Assembly: GCA_030019205.1 (NCBI GenBank)
Contig: JASEFH010000017.1
Location: forward strand, 1-61,181
DNA: 61,181 bases
Direction: 5' to 3'
Source of the DNA: Methanomicrobiales archaeon
Lineage (GTDB): Archaea > Halobacteriota > Methanomicrobia > Methanomicrobiales > JACTUA01
Each line of letters begins with the position of its first letter. The first letter of the stretch is position 1. Position numbers and translations under genes: made by a program. The notes beneath the pieces were generated by a model. That model searched no databases and had not been told where the DNA came from. It worked only from the letters and a program-made list of their open reading frames with translations. This document shows positions 1-9,549 of this stretch, one piece after another.

Positions 1-536
1 GCCCCCTCCCCCTCAAAGGCCCCCTCCCTCCTTGATGCGATAGGCCTGTAATATCCGGTCCCACATACGGGATATCTTGTGCGAACACCTATTCCCACAC
101 TATCGTTCCCCTGCACTGACCGGTGGAATTCAAAATCTACCTCCGGCCGGATCGAACGACAGAGTTGCCTTCGCGAGATGCGAGATGATCCCTCTCCGCT
201 GGAGTGCGACAGATATGGAAACCAGGGGAGGGGCTGGCAACGGTTCCGGTCCGTCCCCCTTTTTAGATCCTCATATCGCGGGTGGGGACGCGCCCGTCCC
301 TTCCAACTCCTCCTTTCCGTATTGTGGTGAGACATTTCAGAGACAGGAGAACCGGCCAGCAGGAGAAGCAGAATGCGCAGACCATGTTTTTCCCCTCCAC
401 GAGCAGGGGCATAATCCCCCCACACCTCCGCGAACGTCCGGCGAACGGCAGAGCCGGTGCGGGATCGCCGAACCCCTCTGCCGGCAGCGGTCGGATTTTT
501 ATGCCTCCCCGCCCATCCGTCCCGGCAGGGAAGAAG

Positions 537-1469
537 ATGAATCAGCCTGCCATAGCCGTCGACGTCGGCGCGACGAACACCCGCGTGGCCCTGGTCTCGC
601 CGCAGGGGGAGGTCCTGAAGAAGGTGACCGCGAGGACCCCCGTCGGGGATCCCGACCCGATGGCGATCGCCCTCGATGTGATCGCCCGGATCCATGCGAT
701 CGCGGACGCAGGGGAGCTGGCGGCGGTGGCGGGGATCGGGATCTGCACCGCCGGACCCGTGGACCTGCGGAGCGGCGCCATCGTCAACCCCCCCAACATG
801 CCCTACTCCCGCGTCCCGCTGGTCCGCCCCCTCTCCGAGCACTTCGGGCTGCCCGTGCGGCTGGTGAACGACGCCCGCGCCGGGGTGCTCGGGGAGGTGC
901 GGTTCGGGGCGGGAAGGGGCTGCCGCAACGTGGTCTACATCACCATCTCCACCGGCATCGGCGGCGGGGCATACGTGAACGGGCGGCTGCTGCTCGGCGC
1001 GGACGGCAACGCGGCGGAGGTGGGGCACCTGATCGTGGATACCTGCTACAACCTGGGCTGCGGCTGCGGGCTCTGCGGCCACTGGGAGGGGTATGCCTCG
1101 GGGAGGAACCTGCCGGCCTTCTTCCGGGCCTGGTGCGGGGGCGAGGGATTCGCCCCCGCGGGGATGGAGACGGCGCGGGCCATCTTCGACGCGGCGCGGC
1201 GGGACGATCCGCTGGCGCTCCGATTCATGGAGGAGCTCGGGCGGATCAACGGACGGGGCGTCTCGAACGTGATCGTCGCCTACAACCCGGAGGTGATCGT
1301 CCTCGACGGCGCCGTGGTCCAGAACAACCCGGACCTGATCGTTCCCTGCCTGGAGAGGCACATCGACCGCTACCTGCGCATTCCCGCGATCCGGGTGAGT
1401 CCGCTGCGGGGGGAGGCGCCCCTGCTGGGCGCGGCGGTGCTCGCCGGCACGGGCGGCGGGGAGTACTGA
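537..1469 (+). CDS. ROK-family glucokinase (sugar kinase)
   Basis: The translation from the internal ATG at 537 reads MNQPAIAVDVGATNTRVALV, the N-terminal ATP-binding motif of ROK kinases. The Cys-rich zinc motif CGCGLCGHWE is present. The long N-terminal extension of the listed ORF 282..1469 is low-complexity and not used. Confidence 0.8.
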   Translation: MNQPAIAVDVGATNTRVALVSPQGEVLKKVTARTPVGDPDPMAIALDVIARIHAIADAGELAAVAGIGICTAGPVDLRSGAIVNPPNMPYSRVPLVRPLSEHFGLPVRLVNDARAGVLGEVRFGAGRGCRNVVYITISTGIGGGAYVNGRLLLGADGNAAEVGHLIVDTCYNLGCGCGLCGHWEGYASGRNLPAFFRAWCGGEGFAPAGMETARAIFDAARRDDPLALRFMEELGRINGRGVSNVIVAYNPEVIVLDGAVVQNNPDLIVPCLERHIDRYLRIPAIRVSPLRGEAPLLGAAVLAGTGGGEY

Positions 1470-1551
1470 GGCATCGGAGCGCCGCCGGCCGCCGGGATTC
1501 CCGCCCATACCCTTATGTATCTGCCACGTCATGGACACACGGAGAACGATC

Positions 1552-3051
1552 ATGAAGACCCGACGAAGCGGTATCTTTTTGCATATCGCCTCCCTCCCCT
1601 CCCCGTTCGGCATCGGGGATCTGGGATCCGGGGCGTACCGGTTCGCAGATTTCCTCAAGGAAAGCGGTCAGACCTACTGGCAGATCCTCCCCCTGAACCC
1701 GACCCGGGAGCCCTGCGGGAACTCCCCCTACGACAGCCCCTCGGGGTTCGCCTACAACACCCTGTTCATCAGCCCGGAGCGGATGGTGCAGGAGGGGCTG
1801 CTGGACCAGAGCAGCCTGGAGATCGTGGCGGAGTATCCCGAGAGCCGCATCGACTACGGCTCGGTCTGCGCCCACAAGGCGCACATCTCCCATGTCGCGT
1901 ACGAGGAGTTCCGCACCTCCGCTCTCTCCTGCGAGTTCCAGTCGTTCTGCGCCCGGAACGCCTACTGGCTCGACGATTACGCCCTGTTCGCCGCGCTCAC
2001 CGCCCACTACGAGGAGCAGCCCTGGACCGCCTGGCCCCCCGAGATCCGGGACCGGGAGCCGGGGGCGCTCGCCGCCGTGCGGGAGGAGCTGCGCGACCGC
2101 ATCGAGCAGGAGAAGTTCCTGCAGTTCGTCTTCCACAGGCAGTGGACCGACCTGAAGGACTACTGCCACCGCCGGGGCATCTACATCGTCGGGGATATCC
2201 CCATCTACGTCAGCTACAACAGCGTCGACGTCTGGACTCTCCCCCACCTCTTCCAGCTCGACGGGGAGAAACGGATGACCAGGGTCTCCGGGACGCCGCC
2301 TGACATCTTCAGCGCCACCGGCCAGCTCTGGGGCAGCCCGGTCTACCGCTGGGACGCCATGCGGGAGGAGGGCTATGCCTGGTGGAAGCAGCGGATCCGC
2401 CGCACGCTGGAGATGTACGACTACGTCCGCATCGACCACTTCCGGGGATTCTTCCAGTACTGGGAGGTTCCGGCGGGAGATGCGACCGCGGAGCACGGGC
2501 AGTGGGTCGACGGGCCGGGAGAGGAGTTCTTCCGCGCTCTCGAGCAGGACATCCCCTCCCTTCCGCTGATCGTCGAGGATCCCGGCGCCAACCCCCCCGA
2601 CATCCAGCAGACCATCGACCATTTCGGCTTCCCGGGCATGCGGGTTCTCGTCTTCGCCTTCGGCGAGGATCTCCCGCGGAACCCCTTCATCCCCCACAAC
2701 TACGACAGAAACCTGATCGTCTACACCTCGACCCACGACACCAACACCGCGCGGGGCTGGTTCGAGCAGGAGGCGGCCCCGGAGGACAGGGAGAGGCTCT
2801 TCCGCTACCTCGGGCGGGAGATAGATGCGGACGAGGTCAGCGGGGAACTCGTGCGGCTGGCGATGCAGTCGGTTGCGAACACCGCGATCCTGCCCATGCA
2901 GGATCTCCTGGGGCTCGGCGCGGAGGCGCGCATCAACCGCCCCGCGACCACCTCGGGGAACTGGAGGTGGCGCCTCACGCCCGAACAGCTGGCGTCGGCC
3001 CCGAAGGAGCGGCTGCGGGAGATGACGGAGTTCTGCAGACGGATCGGGTGA
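1552..3051 (+). CDS. malQ: 4-alpha-glucanotransferase (amylomaltase, GH77)
   Basis: MKTRRSGIFLHIASLPSPFGIGDLG...YWQILPLNP is the canonical GH77 N-terminus, and the GH77 architecture continues to the TGA stop. Start chosen at the internal ATG at 1552. Confidence 0.88.
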   Translation: MKTRRSGIFLHIASLPSPFGIGDLGSGAYRFADFLKESGQTYWQILPLNPTREPCGNSPYDSPSGFAYNTLFISPERMVQEGLLDQSSLEIVAEYPESRIDYGSVCAHKAHISHVAYEEFRTSALSCEFQSFCARNAYWLDDYALFAALTAHYEEQPWTAWPPEIRDREPGALAAVREELRDRIEQEKFLQFVFHRQWTDLKDYCHRRGIYIVGDIPIYVSYNSVDVWTLPHLFQLDGEKRMTRVSGTPPDIFSATGQLWGSPVYRWDAMREEGYAWWKQRIRRTLEMYDYVRIDHFRGFFQYWEVPAGDATAEHGQWVDGPGEEFFRALEQDIPSLPLIVEDPGANPPDIQQTIDHFGFPGMRVLVFAFGEDLPRNPFIPHNYDRNLIVYTSTHDTNTARGWFEQEAAPEDRERLFRYLGREIDADEVSGELVRLAMQSVANTAILPMQDLLGLGAEARINRPATTSGNWRWRLTPEQLASAPKERLREMTEFCRRIG

Positions 3052-3104
3052 GCCGGCAGGCGAGGCGGCAATCCCGCAAAGGTGTTATTAGGGGGAGGGA
3101 GCTT

Positions 3105-5345
3105 ATGCAGAGAATCATGGACGAGGTACGAAAAGAGCTGCATGAGCGGGTGCCGGAGCGGATCGCGGGCCTGATCGACCTGGCCTACAACCTCTGGTGG
3201 AGCTGGCATCCGCAGGCGCGGAACCTCTTCCGGCTCCTGAATCCGCAGGGGTGGCGGGTCACCAACGACAACCCGGTGATGATGCTGCGGATCACCCCGC
3301 GGTATTTCCTGGAGAAGGCGGCAAAGGACCCGAACTATCTCCACTACTACGACATCCTCATGTACCGCTGGAGGGGCTACATGGAGCGGCGGAGCCGCTG
3401 GTTCGCCGAACAGTTCCCCGCCCAGCAGCTCCTCACCATCGCCTACTTCTCGGCCGAGTACGGGCTGCACCACTCCCTCCCCTTCTACTCGGGGGGGCTC
3501 GGCATCCTGGCGGGCGACCACCTGAAGGAGTGCAGCGATCTCGGGGTGCCGCTGGTGGGCGTCGGGTTCATGTACGGGCAGGGTTACCTCGCCCAGCACA
3601 TCAACGCGGAGGGCTGGCAGGAGAACATCTGCGAGCCCATCGAGCGGGACAACGCTCCGGTCAGCCGGGTGCGGGACGAGCACGGCAGGCAGCTGATCGT
3701 GCGGGTGCCCTACTTCGAACCGCCCATCCACGTCGCGGTCTGGAAGGTCGACGTGGGCAAGGTCCCCCTCTACCTGCTGGACACCAACATCGAGGAGAAC
3801 GATCCCTGGAACCGCCCCATCTCCTCGCGCCTCTACACGGCGGACAAGGAGATGCGGCTGCGGCAGGAGATCATCCTGGGGATCGGCGGGCGCAAGGTGC
3901 TGCACACGCTGGGCGTGGACTACCACGCCGTGCACCTGAACGAGGGGCACTCCGCATTCGCCCTGCTGGAGCGGATCCGGGAGAGGGTGGAGAGCGGCGT
4001 CGAGTTCAAGCAGGCGCTGGAGCAGGTGCGGGGGACCTCGGTCTTCACCACCCACACCCCGGTGCCCGCCGGGCACGACTACTTCCCCTTCGATCTGATG
4101 GAGAAGTACTTCGGGACCTACTACCCGAAGCTCGGGATCGACTGGGACACCTTCCTCGCGCTGGGAAACCCCCCCGGGAACACGATGGACGGGTTCGTGA
4201 TGACCGCGCTCGCCCTCCAGGCGTCCCGCTACCACAACGCGGTGAGCGTCATCAACGCCCGCGTGGCACGGGAGATGTGGCGTCACCTCTGGCCGGATCG
4301 CCCCGTCGATCAGGTCCCCATCGACGCGATCACGAACGGCGTGCACATGCCGACCTGGCTGGCGCCGGCGATGGAGAAGGTGATCGACAAGTACCTCTCC
4401 CCGGTATTCCCGCACTGGCAGACGGGCCACGACAATCCCGCCGTCTGGGACTTCATCCGGGATATCCCGGCGGCCGAGCTCTGGTACACGCACCTGCGGC
4501 TGAAGACGCAGATGATCAACCACATCCGCGAGGCAAAGAGGATGACCTGGGAGAAGCGGCGGGACGAACCGGTCAACCTGGCCGCCGGCGGGCTGATGCT
4601 GAACCCGGACATACTCACCATCGGGTTCGCGCGGCGGTTTGCCACCTACAAGCGCCCCGACCTGATCTTCTCCGATATGGAGCGGATCAGGTCCATCGTG
4701 AACAACCCCTGGGCGCCGGTCCAGATCGTCTACGCGGGCAAGGCCCACCCTGCCGACGAGGAGGGCAAGGCGGTGCTCCGCGGCATCTACATGCACGCCG
4801 AGAATCCGGACTTCGGCGGAAGGGTGGCCTTCATCGAGGACTACGGCGAGCAGATCGCGCACTGGCTGGTTCAGGGCGTGGACGTCTGGCTGAACAACCC
4901 CATTCCCCCGATGGAGGCCTCCGGGACGAGCGGCATGAAGGCCGGCATGAACGGCGCCCTGAACCTGAGTATCCTGGACGGCTGGTGGGCGGAGGGCTAC
5001 AACGGGCGGAACGGATGGACCTTCGGCGCGGAGGAGGGCACGCCCCCGGAGAAGCGGGACGAGGCGGACGCGCAGTCGCTCTACGATGTCCTGGAGAACC
5101 AGGTGATCCCGCTCTACTACAGCCGGGAGCTCGACGGGATCCCCCACGCCTGGGTCGAGATGATGAAAGAGTCGATACGGAGCGTCGCTCCGCAGTTCTC
5201 GGCCCGGCGGATGATCAAAGATTACGTGCGGAAATATTACCCCTCGCTCCTGCTGGGCGCAGAGGCCTGCTACGTTCCCCCGCAGCCCGCAGGCGAGGCC
5301 AGACCCGCGCGGGTTCCCGCACGGAACGCCGGGTCGGAGCGCTGA
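3105..5345 (+). CDS. glgP: alpha-glucan phosphorylase (GT35, glycogen/maltodextrin phosphorylase family)
   Basis: MQRIMDEVRKELHERVPERIAGLIDLAYNLWWSWHPQARNLF is the typical DUF3417 N-terminus of alpha-glucan phosphorylases, followed by a long GT35 body. GGGAGGGAGCTT precedes the ATG and looks like an RBS. The part of ORF 2382..5345 upstream of 3105 overlaps malQ out of frame and is rejected. Confidence 0.88.
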   Translation: MQRIMDEVRKELHERVPERIAGLIDLAYNLWWSWHPQARNLFRLLNPQGWRVTNDNPVMMLRITPRYFLEKAAKDPNYLHYYDILMYRWRGYMERRSRWFAEQFPAQQLLTIAYFSAEYGLHHSLPFYSGGLGILAGDHLKECSDLGVPLVGVGFMYGQGYLAQHINAEGWQENICEPIERDNAPVSRVRDEHGRQLIVRVPYFEPPIHVAVWKVDVGKVPLYLLDTNIEENDPWNRPISSRLYTADKEMRLRQEIILGIGGRKVLHTLGVDYHAVHLNEGHSAFALLERIRERVESGVEFKQALEQVRGTSVFTTHTPVPAGHDYFPFDLMEKYFGTYYPKLGIDWDTFLALGNPPGNTMDGFVMTALALQASRYHNAVSVINARVAREMWRHLWPDRPVDQVPIDAITNGVHMPTWLAPAMEKVIDKYLSPVFPHWQTGHDNPAVWDFIRDIPAAELWYTHLRLKTQMINHIREAKRMTWEKRRDEPVNLAAGGLMLNPDILTIGFARRFATYKRPDLIFSDMERIRSIVNNPWAPVQIVYAGKAHPADEEGKAVLRGIYMHAENPDFGGRVAFIEDYGEQIAHWLVQGVDVWLNNPIPPMEASGTSGMKAGMNGALNLSILDGWWAEGYNGRNGWTFGAEEGTPPEKRDEADAQSLYDVLENQVIPLYYSRELDGIPHAWVEMMKESIRSVAPQFSARRMIKDYVRKYYPSLLLGAEACYVPPQPAGEARPARVPARNAGSER

Positions 5346-5361
5346 TCCCGCCTCCGACCCG

Positions 5362-6096
5362 TCACACCGGGGCGCCCAGCTGCTCCCGGTGGCGTTCCGG
5401 GTGGTTCAGGAAGTCCAGGCATTCTTCGCAGCCCACCAGGCGGTAGATGCTGCCGCCGCCGCAGAGATCGGGCATCGCGGGCGGGCTGGCGAAGCGGAGC
5501 GCCGGCACCACCCCGTACCGCGGGTTCTTCCGCCACTCGCCGCCGGCGCACGCGTAGTAGGCCGCCCCCTGCATCCGCTCGAAGAAGTCGTAGTCGCTGG
5601 CGAACCGTGACGAGACCAGGTTTGCCATGACGATCGCCTCGCTCCCGGGGTTGATGGTCACGTGGCCGTATCCCGGCGGCACCAGCACCCCCTCGCCGGC
5701 CCGGGCGTTCACGACCACCAGATCCGTGAGATCGCGGTGCTGGAGGAGGAAGTGCGCCTCCCCCGCGAGCACCTGGTAGAGTTCGGGATACTCCGTGCCC
5801 GCCTCGTTCTGCGGGTGATGGTGCCCCTTCGTCTTGACGTGCTCGCCGCAGAGCGCGGCCGGCGGGATGATCGTCATGTCGTAGCGGATGCTGTGCGCTT
5901 CCAGCCAGAGCCGGTCGGCGTCGGTCCGCGCCAGGTCGCGGTACATGTAGTAGAGGGGCTTGCCGAGGGCATCGCACTCCGGCTCCGCCAGCACGCTGCG
6001 CATGTCCTCCGTCGTGCGAAGGTCCGGTTCCGGGATGGGGCCGTCCCAGTACTGGCGCATCAGCTGGTACATGGTCCTTTCAGGGTATCCTTTCAT
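5362..6096 (-). CDS. pgiA: cupin-type glucose-6-phosphate isomerase (archaeal cPGI)
   Basis: KTKGHHHPQNEAGTEYPELYQVLAGEAHFLLQ...VLVPPGYGHVTINPGSEAIVMANL parallels the Pyrococcus cPGI metal-binding cupin motifs (TKGHFH...EVY...PPYWAHRT). Alternative starts lie at 6114 and 6072. Confidence 0.8.
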   Translation of the reverse strand: MKGYPERTMYQLMRQYWDGPIPEPDLRTTEDMRSVLAEPECDALGKPLYYMYRDLARTDADRLWLEAHSIRYDMTIIPPAALCGEHVKTKGHHHPQNEAGTEYPELYQVLAGEAHFLLQHRDLTDLVVVNARAGEGVLVPPGYGHVTINPGSEAIVMANLVSSRFASDYDFFERMQGAAYYACAGGEWRKNPRYGVVPALRFASPPAMPDLCGGGSIYRLVGCEECLDFLNHPERHREQLGAPV

Positions 6097-6153
6097 CCTA
6101 TAAGAAGGCAGCACACGCCCGGACCCGCAGTCCGCCCCCGGGACGGGAGGGAT

Positions 6154-6393
6154 TCAGGTCCCCTTCTCCACGACCTCCGCTTCCGCTTCGATCACGCCCG
6201 GGGCCTCCCCCTCTTCGGGGACGATCAGCCAGGCGAGGATGTATGCCACGATGCCCGGGATAAAGCCCGTGATCACCGTCAGAACGACCCATGCCAGGCG
6301 GATGAGCGTCGGGTCGATCTCGTAGTACTCTCCGATGCCCCCCGCGACACCGGCGATGATCCTGTCGTCGATCGATCGGTAGAGTCTCTTCAC
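6154..6393 (-). CDS. PspC-domain membrane protein
   Basis: RLYRSIDDRIIAGVAGGIGEYYEIDPTLIRLAWVVLTVITG is a PspC signature. GTG start is preceded by GGAGGTGA. Confidence 0.75.
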   Translation of the reverse strand: MKRLYRSIDDRIIAGVAGGIGEYYEIDPTLIRLAWVVLTVITGFIPGIVAYILAWLIVPEEGEAPGVIEAEAEVVEKGT

Positions 6394-6548
6394 CGTTTCA
6401 CCTCCGGATACTGGACTCCGACCATCCTTAAAAACCTTTCCTCATCTTCGGGTGGATCCGGGCATATCTTCAGAAATGCGCCCTCTTGAGCCCTCCGGTG
6501 CCGGGTGGGGCGGAATGCCGCGAGTCAGGTTCTGGGGGGGGAATCCCC

Positions 6549-7817
6549 TCAGGCAGTGAAGGGATCCGACAGGGCTTCGGCGGGCTGGAAGTTGTCGCCG
6601 TAGACCACGCAGCGGATCCGGGCGGTCTCCCCTCGCGGGATCTTCAGAGTCGCTTCGGCCCTCCCCCGGGCGCCCTCGGGATAGTCCCCGAGATCGAGCG
6701 TGCAGTCGGGGGGCCAGACCATCCCCTCCCCCTGCGCGAGGGCGAGGGCGGCGAGATGCACCTTCAGACCGGCTGCCGCCCCCGGCCCGAGATTCTCGAT
6801 CTCGCAGCGGACCCGGTAGTACGCGAAGCGGAGATCGGTGCGCTCCAGCTCCGCCGTGAACTGCAGGTCGATCCTTGGAGCCCGCACCATGGGGTGGACG
6901 ATGGCGGTCCGGGATCCCGCCTGGAAGTCGGGAGGCACCTCCCCGATCGTCCAGCCGCGGCCGGTGGTCTCCAGGTAGCAGTACCGGGACCCCTCGAACT
7001 CGTAGCAGGTGCCGGCGGGGGGCTCCGGGCAGGCCACGCCGACGGCCATGTGGTCGGGGAGCTGGAGCAGGACCGCGCCGTAGCCCATCTCGTTCAGGAG
7101 CGCCGCCGCGAGGATGGCGGTATCCTCGCAGTCTCCCCCGTTGTCCACCAGCGTCTCCAGCGGGTAGCGGGGGTACTCGTCATAGCCGGTGGTCAGGTTG
7201 TCCGAGGTGTAGGGAAGCGACTGGACAAAGGAGATCAGGTGTTCGACGACCTCCCGCTCCGAGCGGTCCTCGCCGCTCTCCCGGAACTTCTGCACGATCC
7301 CCTGCAGGTATGGCCGATCGTACTCCGAGAGCGCATACTGGGCGTAATCCCGTTCCCGGTCGTGGGGGCGGCTGCGGTAATAGTCGTATACGGCTTGCGG
7401 GAGGGAGAGGGTGAATGTCGACTCCCTCCCTCCGTACTCCCAGCGGTAGGTGCGGGTATGGCGGGAGCCGCCGTCCGGCGGTGCAGGTGTGGCCGACGGG
7501 TCCGATGGGCCCGGATCCGGTGGGCGGTTCACGACGATGGGGGAGAGGTTGGCCTGCACCGGGAGGTGGACGAGAGGGAGCACGCTGACCGTATCCGACC
7601 AGGCGCCGAAGCCGCCATGGCGGAGCTCGAGGGCATGTTCGCCCGCGGCTACGCCCTCCAGGAGGAGCGGCGTCTCTCCCCGCAGGAGTCCGTCGAGGTA
7701 GACGTCCGCCCCGGCAGGGTCCGAGGCGACCGCGATCGAACCCGGGGGGAGGGGTTCCGTGCATCCGCCGGTGAGGGCGAGCGCCGCCAGCAGGGCGAGG
7801 ATGCCCCATCTCTGCAT
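6549..7817 (-). CDS. PEGA-domain lipoprotein with C-terminal transglutaminase-like (Cys-protease-fold) domain
   Basis: From the internal ATG the product begins MQRWGILALLAALALTGGC (lipobox). A PEGA motif follows (SDPAGADVYLDGLLRGETPLLLEGVAAGEHALELRHGGF), then DNGGDCEDTAILAAALL, which is transglutaminase-like. The upstream 119 codons of ORF 6549..8174 are rejected. Confidence 0.6.
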   Translation of the reverse strand: MQRWGILALLAALALTGGCTEPLPPGSIAVASDPAGADVYLDGLLRGETPLLLEGVAAGEHALELRHGGFGAWSDTVSVLPLVHLPVQANLSPIVVNRPPDPGPSDPSATPAPPDGGSRHTRTYRWEYGGRESTFTLSLPQAVYDYYRSRPHDRERDYAQYALSEYDRPYLQGIVQKFRESGEDRSEREVVEHLISFVQSLPYTSDNLTTGYDEYPRYPLETLVDNGGDCEDTAILAAALLNEMGYGAVLLQLPDHMAVGVACPEPPAGTCYEFEGSRYCYLETTGRGWTIGEVPPDFQAGSRTAIVHPMVRAPRIDLQFTAELERTDLRFAYYRVRCEIENLGPGAAAGLKVHLAALALAQGEGMVWPPDCTLDLGDYPEGARGRAEATLKIPRGETARIRCVVYGDNFQPAEALSDPFTA

Positions 7818-7932
7818 ACGGTCTGTACTGAATCCCTGGTCTATAGGAGCCTTGCGAAACGATCCGGGGCGAAGATCTGGAGCCGGGCGCTTCATCCAAA
7901 AGTATATCGTGCCGGGATGGATAGGCACTTGC

Positions 7933-8877
7933 ATGAAACAACCCAATGCGCTGCAGTTCCTGATCTTCTTCCTGATCTTCCTGCCGGGTGCCTGGTTCGC
8001 GATCTCCGGTCTGCTGGAGACGGGTGCGCTCGCGTTCCTCTGGGCTGCCGCGATCTCTGCCGCCGTCGGGCTGCTCGCCGCCATGTCGTTCCGCGTGGCG
8101 GAACAGTGGGAGAAGGCGGTCGTTCTCCGCCTGGGGCGGTTCAAGGGGCTGAAGGGTCCGGGACCCTTCTTCATCGTACCGCTGCTGGAGACCGTCCCCT
8201 ACTGGATCGACCTGCGGGTGATCACCACCTCGTTCCGGGCGGAGAAGACCCTGACCCGCGACACCGTTCCCGTGGACGTGGAGGCGGTGCTCTTCTGGAA
8301 GGTGGTGAACCCCCAGAAGGCGGCTCTCGAGGTGGAGGACTACCGCTCGGCGATCAGCTGGGCCTCCCAGACGGCGCTCCGCGAGGTCATCGGCAAATCG
8401 CTCCTCTCGGATATGCTGGAGGCCCGGGAGAAGCTGGACGCCGAGCTCCAGACGATCATCGACCTGCGCACCGAGCAGTGGGGCGTGCACATCAGCTCTG
8501 TCGAGATCCGCGACATTCTCATCCCGACCGAACTCCAGGACGCGATGTCCATGCAGGCCCAGGCCGAGCGGGAGCGCCAGGCACGGGTGATCCTGGGGGA
8601 CTCCGAGCGCCAGGTGGCCCAGAAGTTCGAGGAGGCGGCCCGCACCTACCGCGACAACCCCACCGCCCTCCACCTGCGGGCGATGAACATGCTGTACGAG
8701 GGCCTGAAAGAGCGGGGCGCCCTGATCATCGTCCCCGCCTCCGTGCTCGACACCATGAACCTGGGAACGACCGCCGGGCTGGTGTCGCTCGGGCGGATGG
8801 CGGAGGAGGGGCGGGAGGAGAAGGTCCCAAGCGACAACGGGGGCAGCGCACCGTCAGCGGAGCGGACGGCGGCCTGA
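7933..8877 (+). CDS. SPFH/band-7 (stomatin-like) membrane protein
   Basis: N-terminal TM helix followed by an SPFH core (LRVITTSFRAEKTLTRDTVPVDVEAVLFWKVV...) and a coiled-coil Ala/Glu-rich tail. Internal ATG chosen in frame with ORF 7759..8877. Confidence 0.8.
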   Translation: MKQPNALQFLIFFLIFLPGAWFAISGLLETGALAFLWAAAISAAVGLLAAMSFRVAEQWEKAVVLRLGRFKGLKGPGPFFIVPLLETVPYWIDLRVITTSFRAEKTLTRDTVPVDVEAVLFWKVVNPQKAALEVEDYRSAISWASQTALREVIGKSLLSDMLEAREKLDAELQTIIDLRTEQWGVHISSVEIRDILIPTELQDAMSMQAQAERERQARVILGDSERQVAQKFEEAARTYRDNPTALHLRAMNMLYEGLKERGALIIVPASVLDTMNLGTTAGLVSLGRMAEEGREEKVPSDNGGSAPSAERTAA

Positions 8878-8982
8878 ACTCTGTCTCCTCGGGCAGGCGT
8901 GCGGATCCCGCCGGGGGCGCTCCGTGCGGTTCCGGCAACCTCTTATGCCGGAACCTCCATATCGGGGTGAAGAGGAGGAGCC

Positions 8983-9549
8983 ATGAAGAAGTCGCTGGGT
9001 GCAAAAGCTCTGCTCTACCCCACGCCCGTCCTGGTGGTGGGGACGTACGATCCGGGGGGGAGGCCCAACGTCATGACGGCGGCCTGGGGCGGGATCTGCA
9101 GTTCCGATCCGCCCTGCATCGCGGTCGCGCTGCGGAAGGCGACCCACACCTACGGGAACATCGTCGAGAGCCGGGCGTTTACGATCAGCATACCGTCGGA
9201 GGATCACGTCCGGGAGGTGGACTACTTCGGGATCGCCAGCGGGCGTGACCGGGACAAGTTCGCCGCCACGGGGCTGACGGAGGTGCGGGGGGACCGCGTG
9301 GATGCCCCCTACGTGGGAGAGTTCCCCATCGTCCTCGAGTGCCGCCTGCGCGACATCGTGGAGGTCGGGCTGCACACCCTGTTCATCGGGGAGATCCTGG
9401 ACGTCAAGGCGGAGGAGGCGGTGCTGACCGGTACGGGGTTCCCGGACATGAAAAAGGTGATGCCCCTGGTATTCGACCCCGGCGTCCGGGGCTACTACGG
9501 GGTGGGGGAGTACCGGGGGAAGGCCTTCCACATCGGAAGGCTGCGCTGA
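8983..9549 (+). CDS. flavin reductase-like (NADH:FMN oxidoreductase family) protein
   Basis: [35 protein letters not shown] is a flavin-reductase-like FMN-binding fold. Confidence 0.8.
   Translation: MKKSLGAKALLYPTPVLVVGTYDPGGRPNVMTAAWGGICSSDPPCIAVALRKATHTYGNIVESRAFTISIPSEDHVREVDYFGIASGRDRDKFAATGLTEVRGDRVDAPYVGEFPIVLECRLRDIVEVGLHTLFIGEILDVKAEEAVLTGTGFPDMKKVMPLVFDPGVRGYYGVGEYRGKAFHIGRLR

Noticed and set aside
100-180. Possible tRNA-like T-arm (GTTCGATCC) on the minus strand
   Set aside because: The flanking sequence cannot form a T-stem or acceptor stem.
77-1555. 492-aa ORF overlapping the glucokinase gene in another frame
   Set aside because: Pro/Arg/Gly-rich low-complexity translation typical of off-frame ORFs in GC-rich DNA. 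The overlapping frame has a clear ROK kinase.
2382-3104. N-terminal 241-codon extension of the glucan phosphorylase ORF (and the 3197..5446 and 2805..5147 ORFs)
   Set aside because: It overlaps malQ out of frame and is low-complexity. The phosphorylase has a conserved N-terminus starting at 3105 with an RBS-like GGAGG.
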